A stretch of 32,000 nt of DNA, from assembly GCA_024277355.1 (NCBI GenBank), contig JAJRVL010000004.1, forward strand, positions 180,001 through 212,000, written 5' to 3'. Positions 18,137-26,912 of this stretch are shown here, one piece after another. Both the position numbers and the translations under genes were made by a program. Every line of letters starts with the position of its first letter. The stretch's first letter is position 1. The notes beneath the pieces are model-generated. The model worked only from the letters and a program-made list of their open reading frames with translations, did not search any database and was not told the origin of the DNA. This DNA comes from an archaeon (lineage in GTDB: Archaea; Iainarchaeota; Iainarchaeia; Iainarchaeales; 1-14-0-10-31-34).

Positions 18137-20530
18137 TTATTTCTGTTCAGTTTCAGCAAGTTTTAATTCAAATTTTCCTTCTTTAATTTGAGCATTACAC
18201 ACTGCTTTTAAGTCATCTAAAGCAGTTCCAATTGAATTAGTGGTTTCTTTTTCAAGTGAAAGAATTATTTCTGCTTTAAGTGAAACATGTTTTTCTGCTT
18301 TAAATTTTCTTACTTTAGAAATAACTTCAATTGCTTTTTGTCCTGCATCAAAAGCTTTTTTGTTTTCAAGTTCTTTTTGGAATTCAGGAAAAGCAGAAAC
18401 ATGAATGCTTTTTTGTTTTTCTTTTTTTGCAAAATATAACTGATAAATTTCTTCTGTAATAAAAGGCATTATTGGAGCAAAACCTTTTAAGATTCCCAAT
18501 AAAATTGTTTCTAAAGTAAATTGAGCTGAAGTTTTAGATTGTTTTCCTCTTTTTTCTTCATTATAAATTCTGTCTTTAATTATTTCAAGATAATTGTCTG
18601 TAAAGTCATTCCAAAAAAATAATTCTAATTCAGATTTTGCTTTGCCGTATTCATATGCATCAAAATGTTTTGTCATATTTTGTATTGTTTCATTAAATTT
18701 ATGCAAAATCCATAAATCCATTAACTCTAATTCTTTTGGTTTTTTTCCATTAAAATCTTCTAAATTCATTATTGAAAATTTTGATGCATTCCATAATTTA
18801 GTAATTAATTTTTGTCCTGTCTGAACATCTTTTTCCTGAAATGGAGCATCATAACCTAAATTAATTGTTGAAGCCCAATACCTTAAAGCATCAGCTGAAT
18901 ATCTTTGAATTATTTGTTCTGGAGTAATTACATTTCCTTTAGATTTAGACATTTTTTTTCCTTTTGAATCCAAGCCCCATCCTGAAATCATTATGTCTTT
19001 CCATGGAACTTTTTTTGTATGCAGTAAAGATTTAACTATTGTATTAAACGCCCAAAAAGTAATTATGTCATGCCCCTGAGGACGCAAAGACATTGGAAAA
19101 ATTTCTTTATTAAAATCTGTTTTTCCTTTCCAGTCAGCATTAATTAATGGAGTCAAAGAACTTGTAGCCCAGGTATCCATAATGTCTTTTTCAGGAATAA
19201 AATCAGTTGAACCGCATTTGCATGATTTTTTTGGTTTGTCTTTTAATGGGTCAACCGGAAGACTTTTTTTGTCTGCTAAAATTGTTTCATTGCATTTGTT
19301 ACAATACCATACAGGAAAAGGAATTCCATAAAATCTTTGCCTTGAAATACACCAGTCCCATTGCAGTCCTTTAATCCAGTTGTCAAATCTGTGTTTCATA
19401 AATTCAGGAAACCAGTTTAATGTTTTTCCTGCTTTTAAAAATTCATCTTTTAAATCCAGGTATTTGATAAACCATTGTTTTGTAACCAAAAATTCAATCG
19501 GCGTCTGGCATCTTTCATGAACATTAACTGCATGTTTTATTGGTCTTTGTTCTTTTAATAAATTTTTTGTTTTTAATTCTTCTAAAATTGATTTTCTTGC
19601 TTCCTTTAATTTTAATCCTTCAAATTTTCCTGCTTTTTCATTTAGTTTTCCATATTTATTAATTATAATTCTTAAAGGTAAATTAAATGCTTTCCACCAT
19701 TCCATGTCCACTTGATCTCCAAAAGTACAATTCATTACTATTCCTGAACCTTTATTTGGATCAACTCTTTTATCGCCAAAAACCTGAACAGAGTAATCCA
19801 TTAAAGGAACTTTAATTTTTTTTCCAATCAAATAATTATTTTTTTTGTCTTCTGGGTTAACTATTACTGCAACACAAGCAGGAATTAATTCAGGGCGTGT
19901 TGTTGAAATCACAATTTTTTTGCCGTCTTCTGTTTCAAATAAAACATCATTAAAAGTTGAATCAAATTCTTTGTCTTCTAATTCAACCTGCGAAATAGCT
20001 GTTTGACAGTCAGGACACCAGATTGTTGGAGCTTCTTTTCTGTATTCTCTTCCTTGTTCAAATAATTCAATAAATGAAAGCTGAGAAATTTTTCTTACTT
20101 TAGGGCTGATTGTACTGTAAAATAAATTCCAGTCACAGCTTATTCCTAAAGATTTCCAGACTTTTTTGTATTCTTCTTCTGCTCTAAGTGTTTCTTCTAA
20201 ACAAATTTTAATGAATTCATTTCTGTCCATTTTTGAAGCTTTAATTTTACGTTTTTTTTCAACAAATTTTTCTGTCGGCAAACCATTATCATCAAAGCCA
20301 AAAGGATAAAAAACAGAAAAACCTTTCATTCTTTTATATCTTGCAATGAATTCTGCCTGAGAATAACTAAATGCATGCCCTATATGGATTGTGCCTGAAA
20401 TAGTCGGAGGAGGAGTGTCAATTGAATAAATTTTTTTTCCTGGAGAAAACTTAAATAATTTTTCTTTTTCCCAGTAATCACTCCATTTTTTTTCTGATTC
20501 TGATGCATTATACTTTTTTGATAGTTCCAT
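18137..20530 (-). CDS. valS: Valyl-tRNA synthetase
   Basis: PPPTISGTIHIGHAFSYSQAEFIARYKRMKG, PFGFDDNGLPTE, WISRQRFYGIPFPVW, KKMSKSKGN. Confidence 0.95.
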   Translation of the reverse strand: MELSKKYNASESEKKWSDYWEKEKLFKFSPGKKIYSIDTPPPTISGTIHIGHAFSYSQAEFIARYKRMKGFSVFYPFGFDDNGLPTEKFVEKKRKIKASKMDRNEFIKICLEETLRAEEEYKKVWKSLGISCDWNLFYSTISPKVRKISQLSFIELFEQGREYRKEAPTIWCPDCQTAISQVELEDKEFDSTFNDVLFETEDGKKIVISTTRPELIPACVAVIVNPEDKKNNYLIGKKIKVPLMDYSVQVFGDKRVDPNKGSGIVMNCTFGDQVDMEWWKAFNLPLRIIINKYGKLNEKAGKFEGLKLKEARKSILEELKTKNLLKEQRPIKHAVNVHERCQTPIEFLVTKQWFIKYLDLKDEFLKAGKTLNWFPEFMKHRFDNWIKGLQWDWCISRQRFYGIPFPVWYCNKCNETILADKKSLPVDPLKDKPKKSCKCGSTDFIPEKDIMDTWATSSLTPLINADWKGKTDFNKEIFPMSLRPQGHDIITFWAFNTIVKSLLHTKKVPWKDIMISGWGLDSKGKKMSKSKGNVITPEQIIQRYSADALRYWASTINLGYDAPFQEKDVQTGQKLITKLWNASKFSIMNLEDFNGKKPKELELMDLWILHKFNETIQNMTKHFDAYEYGKAKSELELFFWNDFTDNYLEIIKDRIYNEEKRGKQSKTSAQFTLETILLGILKGFAPIMPFITEEIYQLYFAKKEKQKSIHVSAFPEFQKELENKKAFDAGQKAIEVISKVRKFKAEKHVSLKAEIILSLEKETTNSIGTALDDLKAVCNAQIKEGKFELKLAETEQK

Positions 20531-20584
20531 TCTAAATCTAAATAAAAAAAGGATTAATAATCTATTCCAACAAATATTAATTAT

Positions 20585-21352
20585 ATGGCTGAATTAAAGA
20601 AAAAGCAGGGAAAAATTTTTCTGGAATTAACTGAAAAAGAACAAAAAGAATTAGACATTAAAGGAAACCTTGAATTAAATAAAATAAAAAAAGGATTATT
20701 TGTTTTAACTGAAACAGAAACTTTTTCAGAAAAAAATTCATCAAAAACTAAAACTGATTTATTTGATGAAGAAACACAGGAATTAGATGAAAAAATTTTT
20801 GAATTGCTTTCATTAAAAGGAAAAGAAAATTTATCTAAAAAAGTTGAAGGAGAATTTGAAAAACAATTAACTGAAAAAGAAAAACAAAGATTTGAAGAAC
20901 TGCTTAAACAGGGATTAATTGAAAAATTTAAATTAAATGAATCATATAAAAAAGCAATTTACAGAATTAAATTAAAAAAAGGATTAACTGACAAAAAAGA
21001 ATTTAATGTTAATTCTCCGGCAAAAACAATTGAATCAAACGGCTTTGAAGTAATGGTAAATGAAAATCAAGCAAAAAGTTTCTGTCACGAATTTTCAGCA
21101 GAAATAAAAGAAAACAAAATTAAAGGAATAAAAGGATTTGACGGTTATTTTTATGCAATTCATTCAAATTTATTTGAAAAAACAAAACCAGAAGTATTAA
21201 CTAAAATCAGAGAAACAAAAAATATTTCTTTGAATGACTTAACTGAAAAAATTTCTCTGCCAAAAGAACTAATTAAAGGCACAATTGAATTCTTAAAAGA
21301 AGAAGGCGATTTAATTGAAAAAAGAAACGGATTATACCAGTTAATTGAATAA
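20585..21352 (+). CDS. Hypothetical protein with possible C-terminal winged-helix domain
   Basis: 255-aa ORF. C-terminal ...NISLNDLTEKISLPKELIKGTIEFLKEEGDLIEKRNGLYQLIE resembles a wHTH. Confidence 0.6.
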   Translation: MAELKKKQGKIFLELTEKEQKELDIKGNLELNKIKKGLFVLTETETFSEKNSSKTKTDLFDEETQELDEKIFELLSLKGKENLSKKVEGEFEKQLTEKEKQRFEELLKQGLIEKFKLNESYKKAIYRIKLKKGLTDKKEFNVNSPAKTIESNGFEVMVNENQAKSFCHEFSAEIKENKIKGIKGFDGYFYAIHSNLFEKTKPEVLTKIRETKNISLNDLTEKISLPKELIKGTIEFLKEEGDLIEKRNGLYQLIE

Positions 21353-21399
21353 AGCCCAAAAACAAAAACTATTTAAGCAAAAAACACCTATTTTCCTAT

Positions 21400-22062
21400 A
21401 TGAAAGTGTTAATTCCATTAATTTCAAGGCATGAATCAAACCCTGAATTTATAGATAAAGCAGTTAAAGGAACAGAAGAAGTATTACTGTTAATTGTAAT
21501 AGACAAAGATGATTCATTAAAAGCTTCAGATATTTCAAGTTCAACTCATTTTTTAGAAGAAGTAAAAAAATTAATAGGAAAAAAAAGAAAAAAATGTGAA
21601 GACTTAACTGAATGGGGAGAAACAAAAGCAAAAATAAAAAACACAGCAATAATTAATAAAGTAGACAAAATTGTGTTGTTAAAACAGGAAAACCAGTTTT
21701 TTGAAGATTTAATTGAAGAACTAAAAAAAGAAAAAGAACTCAAAAACAAAATTGAATTAATTGAAATTGATTTTGAAAAACAAGAACAAGAACAAAAAGA
21801 ATTTGAAGACAGCTTAAATGAAATAGAAGAAAAAACAAGTGAAAACAAAACAGAAAATGCAGAAGAAGAAAAAGAAAACATACAAGAAGAAAAAATAAAA
21901 GAAAACAAAACAAAAGGCGAAAATAAAATAAAAAATAAAACAATTAATTCAACAGAAAAAGTCGTTAAAAATGCAATGAAAGACACTAAAGTAATTGCAG
22001 ATAAACTAATCAAACAAGGCTTTAAATCAATTGACTCAATAAAAAAAATTAAATGGAAATAA
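21400..22062 (+). CDS. Hypothetical protein with N-terminal UspA-like Rossmann segment and charged low-complexity tail
   Basis: MKVLIPLISRHESNPEFIDKAVKG...EVLLLIVID pattern followed by an E/K/N-rich tail. Confidence 0.5.
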   Translation: MKVLIPLISRHESNPEFIDKAVKGTEEVLLLIVIDKDDSLKASDISSSTHFLEEVKKLIGKKRKKCEDLTEWGETKAKIKNTAIINKVDKIVLLKQENQFFEDLIEELKKEKELKNKIELIEIDFEKQEQEQKEFEDSLNEIEEKTSENKTENAEEEKENIQEEKIKENKTKGENKIKNKTINSTEKVVKNAMKDTKVIADKLIKQGFKSIDSIKKIKWK

Positions 22063-23151
22063 TCACTTAATAAATTTCCATTGCTTTTTGGTTTTTCTTG
22101 CTTTATCTAATTTTTTCTGGAAGTCTTTCTGGAAAGAAATCATTAATTCCATTGCATTATCTTTATCCTGTCCGCATAAAAGATTTCCTTTTTTACAGTC
22201 ATCAAAAATTTTCTGAAGTAATTTGTCATCTTCAATTAAATGCTGTTTATACATTTCAAAAACCATGCATTTTTCAGGGAACCCGCCTAACTTTTTTTGT
22301 TCTTCAACTGTATTTCTTCCTCCAGTTAAAGCTTTCTTTATTTTTTTTCCTGCGTCATTTGGATTTTCAGGAATTGAAATAAAAGAATTAGGATTAGACT
22401 TAGACATTTTATGGTTTCCATCTAAAGAAGGAACAAATTTATGGTAAGTAGCTGAAGGCAGAAAGAAATTAAAATCTCTTTTAGTTCTTCTTACAATATC
22501 TCTTGCAAGTCTTATGTGAGGACTTTGGTCTATCCCGACAGGAATTACTCCAGGCATTTTTTCTATTGTCTGCGGAAACAAAATGTCTCCTGCCTGAGCT
22601 AAAGCTGAAAGAATTCTTGAAGGATGAACATTGCCGTAAATGCTTCTGAATTCATTCATTGTAATTTTTTGAGAAAACAAATAAGCTAAATTTTTTACTT
22701 CAGTGTTTTCTGACTGAAAATAAAAAACTGTTTTTTTTGGATTTAAACCTAAAGCAATATACGCAGGAATATAAAAATTTAAAGCTCTTTCTCTTGCTTC
22801 TTTCAAAGACAAACCTCTTGTTGCTGCTGCTTCTAAATCAGCAACCAACACAAAAGTTTTTGCATTTTGTTTCTGAAAATATTTAACCATTTCAATTACA
22901 GATTTAGTGCCAAAATGAATTCTTTCAGATGAAGGCATTATTCCAGTTAAACAATAAAACGGTTTTTTGTTTTGCATTGCGTCAGTTAATTCCTTTAAGC
23001 CCTGCCCTGCAAAAGTTATTCCTCTTTTCATTAAATAATTTGGTTCAGGAAATTTATCCAGAAAAGATTCCATTGACTCTAAACCAAAATCTTTTATTAA
23101 ACGAGAATAATCTTCAATTAATTCTGTTCCCCATGGATCAATCTTAGGCAT
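22063..23151 (-). CDS. trpS: Tryptophanyl-tRNA synthetase
   Basis: PFYCLTGIMPSSERIHFGTK (class I HxGx variant), GVIPVGIDQSPHIRLARDI, LDGNHKMSKSNPNS. Confidence 0.93.
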   Translation of the reverse strand: MPKIDPWGTELIEDYSRLIKDFGLESMESFLDKFPEPNYLMKRGITFAGQGLKELTDAMQNKKPFYCLTGIMPSSERIHFGTKSVIEMVKYFQKQNAKTFVLVADLEAAATRGLSLKEARERALNFYIPAYIALGLNPKKTVFYFQSENTEVKNLAYLFSQKITMNEFRSIYGNVHPSRILSALAQAGDILFPQTIEKMPGVIPVGIDQSPHIRLARDIVRRTKRDFNFFLPSATYHKFVPSLDGNHKMSKSNPNSFISIPENPNDAGKKIKKALTGGRNTVEEQKKLGGFPEKCMVFEMYKQHLIEDDKLLQKIFDDCKKGNLLCGQDKDNAMELMISFQKDFQKKLDKARKTKKQWKFIK

Positions 23152-23218
23152 AGTAAAACAGTAGATTAAAATAATATAATAACCTTTTCTTTTAGTAAAT
23201 TAGTATAAGTGAAAGAAA

Positions 23219-23734
23219 ATGATTTCAAATATCCTTTTAACAGATAAAATATTAATAAGAAAAAACAAAGACAAAAGTCTTTTCATCCAGAAATCTTTCG
23301 GCGAAAAAAACAAAACAGATTATGTTTTGGACTTAATTGAAGCATATTATTTACTGGAAAAAGGAAAACTTGAATTAGAAGACAAAAAAGGAAACAAAAT
23401 TGAATCAGATGAATTACTTAAAATTGGAGAAAAAAAAATTCAGGATTTCTATAAAAAATATTTAGTTTATTCTGATTTCAGAGAAAGAGGCTATGTTGTT
23501 AAAACTGGATTTAAGTTTGGATTTGATTTAAGAGTTTATCCTAAAGGAAAAAAACCCGGAGAAGAACACACTCAATGGGTTATTGCAGTCAAAGGACAGA
23601 ATGACAGAATTAATTTTATTGAATTAAGCAGAAAAGTCAGGTTAAGCGGAAACATTAAAACAAAATTATTGTTTGCAGTAGTTGACTCAGAAAATGACGT
23701 AAATTATTATGAAACCATCAGGGTAACCCCCTGA
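23219..23734 (+). CDS. endA: tRNA-splicing endonuclease
   Basis: VYSDFRERGYVVKTGFKFGFDLRVYP...EEHTQWVIAV...LSRKVRLSGNIKTKLLFAVVD, with the catalytic Y/H/K pattern. Confidence 0.93.
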   Translation: MISNILLTDKILIRKNKDKSLFIQKSFGEKNKTDYVLDLIEAYYLLEKGKLELEDKKGNKIESDELLKIGEKKIQDFYKKYLVYSDFRERGYVVKTGFKFGFDLRVYPKGKKPGEEHTQWVIAVKGQNDRINFIELSRKVRLSGNIKTKLLFAVVDSENDVNYYETIRVTP

Positions 23735-23763
23735 AAAAAAAATTAGAAAATTCTTGAGAAAAA

Positions 23764-23886
23764 ATGAAACCTAAAAAAGAAGGATTTCCATTAAAAAAAA
23801 AGAAGAAAAAGAAAAAAATTAAAATTCCTTTTGAAGATTTAACAAGCCTTCCTTCAGAAAACGAATATGGAAATGAATTTCATTAA
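23764..23886 (+). CDS. Very small basic ORF (40 aa), possible protein
   Basis: MKPKKEGFPLKKKKKKKKIKIPFEDLTSLPSENEYGNEFH*-like translation. Compact position between endA and the convergent paralog cluster; its stop overlaps that of 23883-24530. Confidence 0.25.
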   Translation: MKPKKEGFPLKKKKKKKKIKIPFEDLTSLPSENEYGNEFH

Positions 23887-24530
23887 TATAAGTCAATTAA
23901 AGGCATGAAAATAAATTTTCCGTTTTTTACTCCTAATAACAAAATATTTGAAGGCATAATATCTATTTTTTCATAAACTTGTTTTGCTGCCTGTTCAAGT
24001 TGTTTTTTAGTAAATCCGTGTTTTTTGCTTAATTTTCTGAAAAATTGCCGGCCTTTTGTTGTAGGAGAAGCTTCAATAATATGGGGTTTAAGTTTAATAT
24101 CTCCTAAAATTTCATTTAAATTAGGTTTATTTGTTTTAGCCATTGCAACTAAATTATTTCCTAAATCATAAGCAATTGGTTCACGTAAAACAAAATTCAA
24201 ATCCTTTGGTATTCCTTTTTTTTTAATTAGTTCATTATAATTTCTAACTCTAAGCTGAATTTCTCTTAACTCTGTATTTGCTCCCCTCATGTCAGCATGC
24301 ATTTTTTTTATTACTAATTTTACTCCAGGATAATTCCTTGAAATATTCATTTGCCTTATTCTTCCTCCCCAAACATAAGTATCTTTTGACGGAACTTTAA
24401 AAATATTTTTTCTGGCAAAATCATTTTGTCTTGGATCAATGTTTTTCATTCTTCCTAAAGACTTATTAATTTTAGTTGAAACTTTTTTTAATCTTGAAAC
24501 AAGTTTTTTAGGCAAAGGTTTTACAGGCAT
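23883..24530 (-). CDS. Tandem paralog A, divergent kinase-fold-like hypothetical protein
   Basis: Shares MPxKPLPKKLVSRLKK, MKNIDPR, GGRIRQMNISRNYPGVKLVIKKMH, LREPIAYDLGNNLVAMAKTNKPNL(N/D)EI, NILLLGVKNGKFIFMPLIDL with C. Confidence 0.75.
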   Translation of the reverse strand: MPVKPLPKKLVSRLKKVSTKINKSLGRMKNIDPRQNDFARKNIFKVPSKDTYVWGGRIRQMNISRNYPGVKLVIKKMHADMRGANTELREIQLRVRNYNELIKKKGIPKDLNFVLREPIAYDLGNNLVAMAKTNKPNLNEILGDIKLKPHIIEASPTTKGRQFFRKLSKKHGFTKKQLEQAAKQVYEKIDIMPSNILLLGVKNGKFIFMPLIDLY

Positions 24531-24565
24531 AATAAAATTAGTTTTTTGTTATTTAAAATACTGGT

Positions 24566-25207
24566 TTAAAACAAGTCAATTAAAGGCATAAAAACAAGTT
24601 TTCCTTTATGCATTCCAACAAATTCCATTTGATCCGGAAGAATTCTAAGTAAATTGCATGCTTTGCCTAACTCTAAATAATATTTTACTCGAGGAATTTT
24701 ATTTTTCTTTAATGTTTCAGTTAAAGCTTTTCCTCTTAAACCTTTAATTTCCTGCATCGCAACAAGATTTTCTGCAAGCAAATGAACATCAGGCATTACC
24801 ACTTCATGATTTTTTGCTGAAACAGTTTTATTGTATTCCTGAACTTTTCCTTTTATTCTTTGAATTGTTTTTAATGCAGTTGAACTGTGAATTCTTTTCA
24901 AAATTACTCTTACTCCTGGAAAATTTCTTGAAACATTTAATTCTCTGACTCTTCCGCCGACAAATCTTGAATCAATTTTTCCAGGTTTAGTAAAAAAAGC
25001 TTTTAGTCCTTCTTTTTTTAATTCTTTAATAACATTTTTTTCTAAAATACTCATTTTTTTTCTATGATCAACATTTTCAAGTCTTTCAAAAGATTTAATT
25101 AAATCTTTTTTTCCATGCCTTTCAAGTCTTTTAGCTGTAGTTAATCTTAATCTGTTAACTAGTTTTGTCGGCAAAGGCTTGAAAAAAGGATTAAGTTTTT
25201 TTGGCAT
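24566..25207 (-). CDS. Tandem paralog B, divergent kinase-fold-like hypothetical protein
   Basis: Shares FKPLPTKLVNRL, FERLENVDHRKK, GGRVRELNVSRNFPGVRVILKRIH, KGKLVFMPLIDLF with A and C. Confidence 0.75.
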   Translation of the reverse strand: MPKKLNPFFKPLPTKLVNRLRLTTAKRLERHGKKDLIKSFERLENVDHRKKMSILEKNVIKELKKEGLKAFFTKPGKIDSRFVGGRVRELNVSRNFPGVRVILKRIHSSTALKTIQRIKGKVQEYNKTVSAKNHEVVMPDVHLLAENLVAMQEIKGLRGKALTETLKKNKIPRVKYYLELGKACNLLRILPDQMEFVGMHKGKLVFMPLIDLF

Positions 25208-25239
25208 AAATACAATTGTAGTTTTCTTTCTTTAAAATA

Positions 25240-25893
25240 TTATTGCAAATCAACTAAAGGCATAAAAACAAACTTTCCGTTTTTTACGCCTAATAAAAGA
25301 ATGTTTCTGGTTGGAAAATCTATATATTTTGTTTTTGTTCTTCTGTAAAATCTTCCAAACGCTTCATTTAACTGTGTTTTAGTTACTCTGTGTTTTTTCT
25401 TTAATTTTCTGAAAAACTCCTGTCCTCTGATTGTTTTTCCATTAGAACCTAAAATTTCATCTAAATTAGGTTTATTTGTTTTAGCCATTGCAACTAAACC
25501 ATTGCCTAAAGCATAAGCAATAGGTTCACGTAAAACATAATTTTCTGGTTCAAAAGACTTGTTATGACTTTTAACTATTTTTTTTATTTCATTTATTTCT
25601 TTAATTGAATTAGGTGCAACATGAATTTTTTTTATTACTAACTTTATTCCAGGAAACTGTTTTGAAACATCCATCTCCCTTACTCTTCCTCCTGCACTGC
25701 TTATATTTTTTGGATTTAAAGCTAAAAGTTGTTTTATTTCAGGGTCATTTCTTCTATGGTCAATGTTTTTCATTGAACCTAAATTACCTGAAATTTCTTC
25801 TTTTCCTTGTTTAAATCTTTTTCTTTGTTCCCGTTTATCAGTAATTTTTTTTAATCTTGAAACAAGTTTTTTAGGCAGAGGTTTTGTCGGCAT
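25240..25893 (-). CDS. Tandem paralog C, divergent kinase-fold-like hypothetical protein
   Basis: Shares MPTKPLPKKLVSRLKKI, MKNIDHRR, GGRVREMDVSKQFPGIKLVIKKIH, LREPIAYALGNGLVAMAKTNKPNLDEI, NILLLGVKNGKFVFMPLVDL. The Met at 25893 is preferred over the track start at 25926 by alignment with the paralogs. Confidence 0.75.
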   Translation of the reverse strand: MPTKPLPKKLVSRLKKITDKREQRKRFKQGKEEISGNLGSMKNIDHRRNDPEIKQLLALNPKNISSAGGRVREMDVSKQFPGIKLVIKKIHVAPNSIKEINEIKKIVKSHNKSFEPENYVLREPIAYALGNGLVAMAKTNKPNLDEILGSNGKTIRGQEFFRKLKKKHRVTKTQLNEAFGRFYRRTKTKYIDFPTRNILLLGVKNGKFVFMPLVDLQ

Positions 25894-25974
25894 AATATAA
25901 TTAGATTTTTGTTGTTTAAAAAACAAATGTTTTTGAATATTTTTTGGTTTTTTGTCTTAGAGAAAAAAAACAGA

Positions 25975-26135
25975 AGGAGGAAAAAGCACGCCTTAAAGAC
26001 GTGCTATCCCCAACTGAACGGGGTGAAGTCGTACAGTGATATTAACGGATAAACCGTTATCAGGAAGCAGTTTGTTCATTGACAGCAATGAGTATTTCTA
26101 AAGAGAAATCTTTTATCTGCTTCCTGAAAAAGGAA
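25975..26135. ncRNA. Candidate structured non-coding RNA, identity and strand undetermined
   Basis: Six helices in ~150 nt: AGCACG/CGTGCT, CCCC/GGGG, TAACGG/CCGTTA with outer TGAT/ATCA, perfect 10-bp CAGGAAGCAG/CTGCTTCCTG enclosing TCATTG/CAATGA and ATTTCT/AGAAAT. Local GC is higher than in the flanks. Confidence 0.6.
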
Positions 26136-26196
26136 GAGAAACCTAAATTAAAATCTTCTTCCATTAAAATCAATTATAATTAGACTTAAGTTTAAC

Positions 26197-26697
26197 TTAA
26201 ATATTTGGAAGCCTTACTGCCCGTGATATTCCTTTTTCAAGTAATGAATTAAATTCTTTTTGTGAAGGATGAAATTCATCTATGTTAACTTTATATTTTT
26301 CTTTAACAGAAGCTGAAACACTTGGGAAATATTTTTTTGCACTTTCAATTAATTGAAGATCAGCAACAATAATATCTGCACTTTTAAGCAGTTTAATTCT
26401 TGCATAAGTAGTTTCTTTTCCTATAGCTAAATTTAAAGCAACATTACTTAAAATAAAATTTTCAGAAAAACCTCTTTTTCTTAAAAATTCCCCAAACAAT
26501 TTCTGTGTTTTTTCACTTCTTGTATAAAGTGAACCAAAAAAAACTATTTTCAACGGACGTTTATTTTCTAATTTTTTTTTAATGTTTTTTAAAATGAATT
26601 TTTTTCTTTTAACTAAATCTGGTTTAGGTTTTTTCTTTGCTTTAGGAGAACGCAAACTATGCATTTTCCTTCTTCTTGCTTTTAAAGGAGTAGTCAT
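26197..26697 (-). CDS. Hypothetical protein with basic N-terminus and alpha/beta core
   Basis: N-terminal K/R-rich ~50 aa, then LKIVFFGSLYTRSEKTQKLFGEFLRKRGF...LLKSADIIVADLQ. SD-like GTGAT 5 nt upstream of ATG. Confidence 0.65.
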   Translation of the reverse strand: MTTPLKARRRKMHSLRSPKAKKKPKPDLVKRKKFILKNIKKKLENKRPLKIVFFGSLYTRSEKTQKLFGEFLRKRGFSENFILSNVALNLAIGKETTYARIKLLKSADIIVADLQLIESAKKYFPSVSASVKEKYKVNIDEFHPSQKEFNSLLEKGISRAVRLPNI

Positions 26698-26912
26698 AAA
26701 ATCACAAATAAAATAAACATGTTTTTCTTTATTTAAAATGTTTTCTGAAAACCCTGCGTAAAAAAAAAATTAAGTTTTTACTTTTTATTTAGCCAAAAGC
26801 GTTTTTGATGCAACTTTTTCTGAAAAAATTGTAATTGCAATGCCTTTAAAAACTTTTTTTGAGAAAAAATAATAATCTTAATACCAAAATTGAATCCAAA
26901 GGAGTTGAAGAA

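Noticed and set aside
21546-22013. ORFs antisense to 21400-22062
   Set aside because: They are Phe/Ser/Leu-rich translations produced by the complementary strand of a Glu/Lys-rich low-complexity tail.
25975-26135. Assignment of this element to RNase P RNA or SRP RNA
   Set aside because: The GGAGGAAA and GGAAGCAG strings look superficially similar, but the surrounding universally conserved segments and overall architecture could not be matched by eye. Left unassigned.
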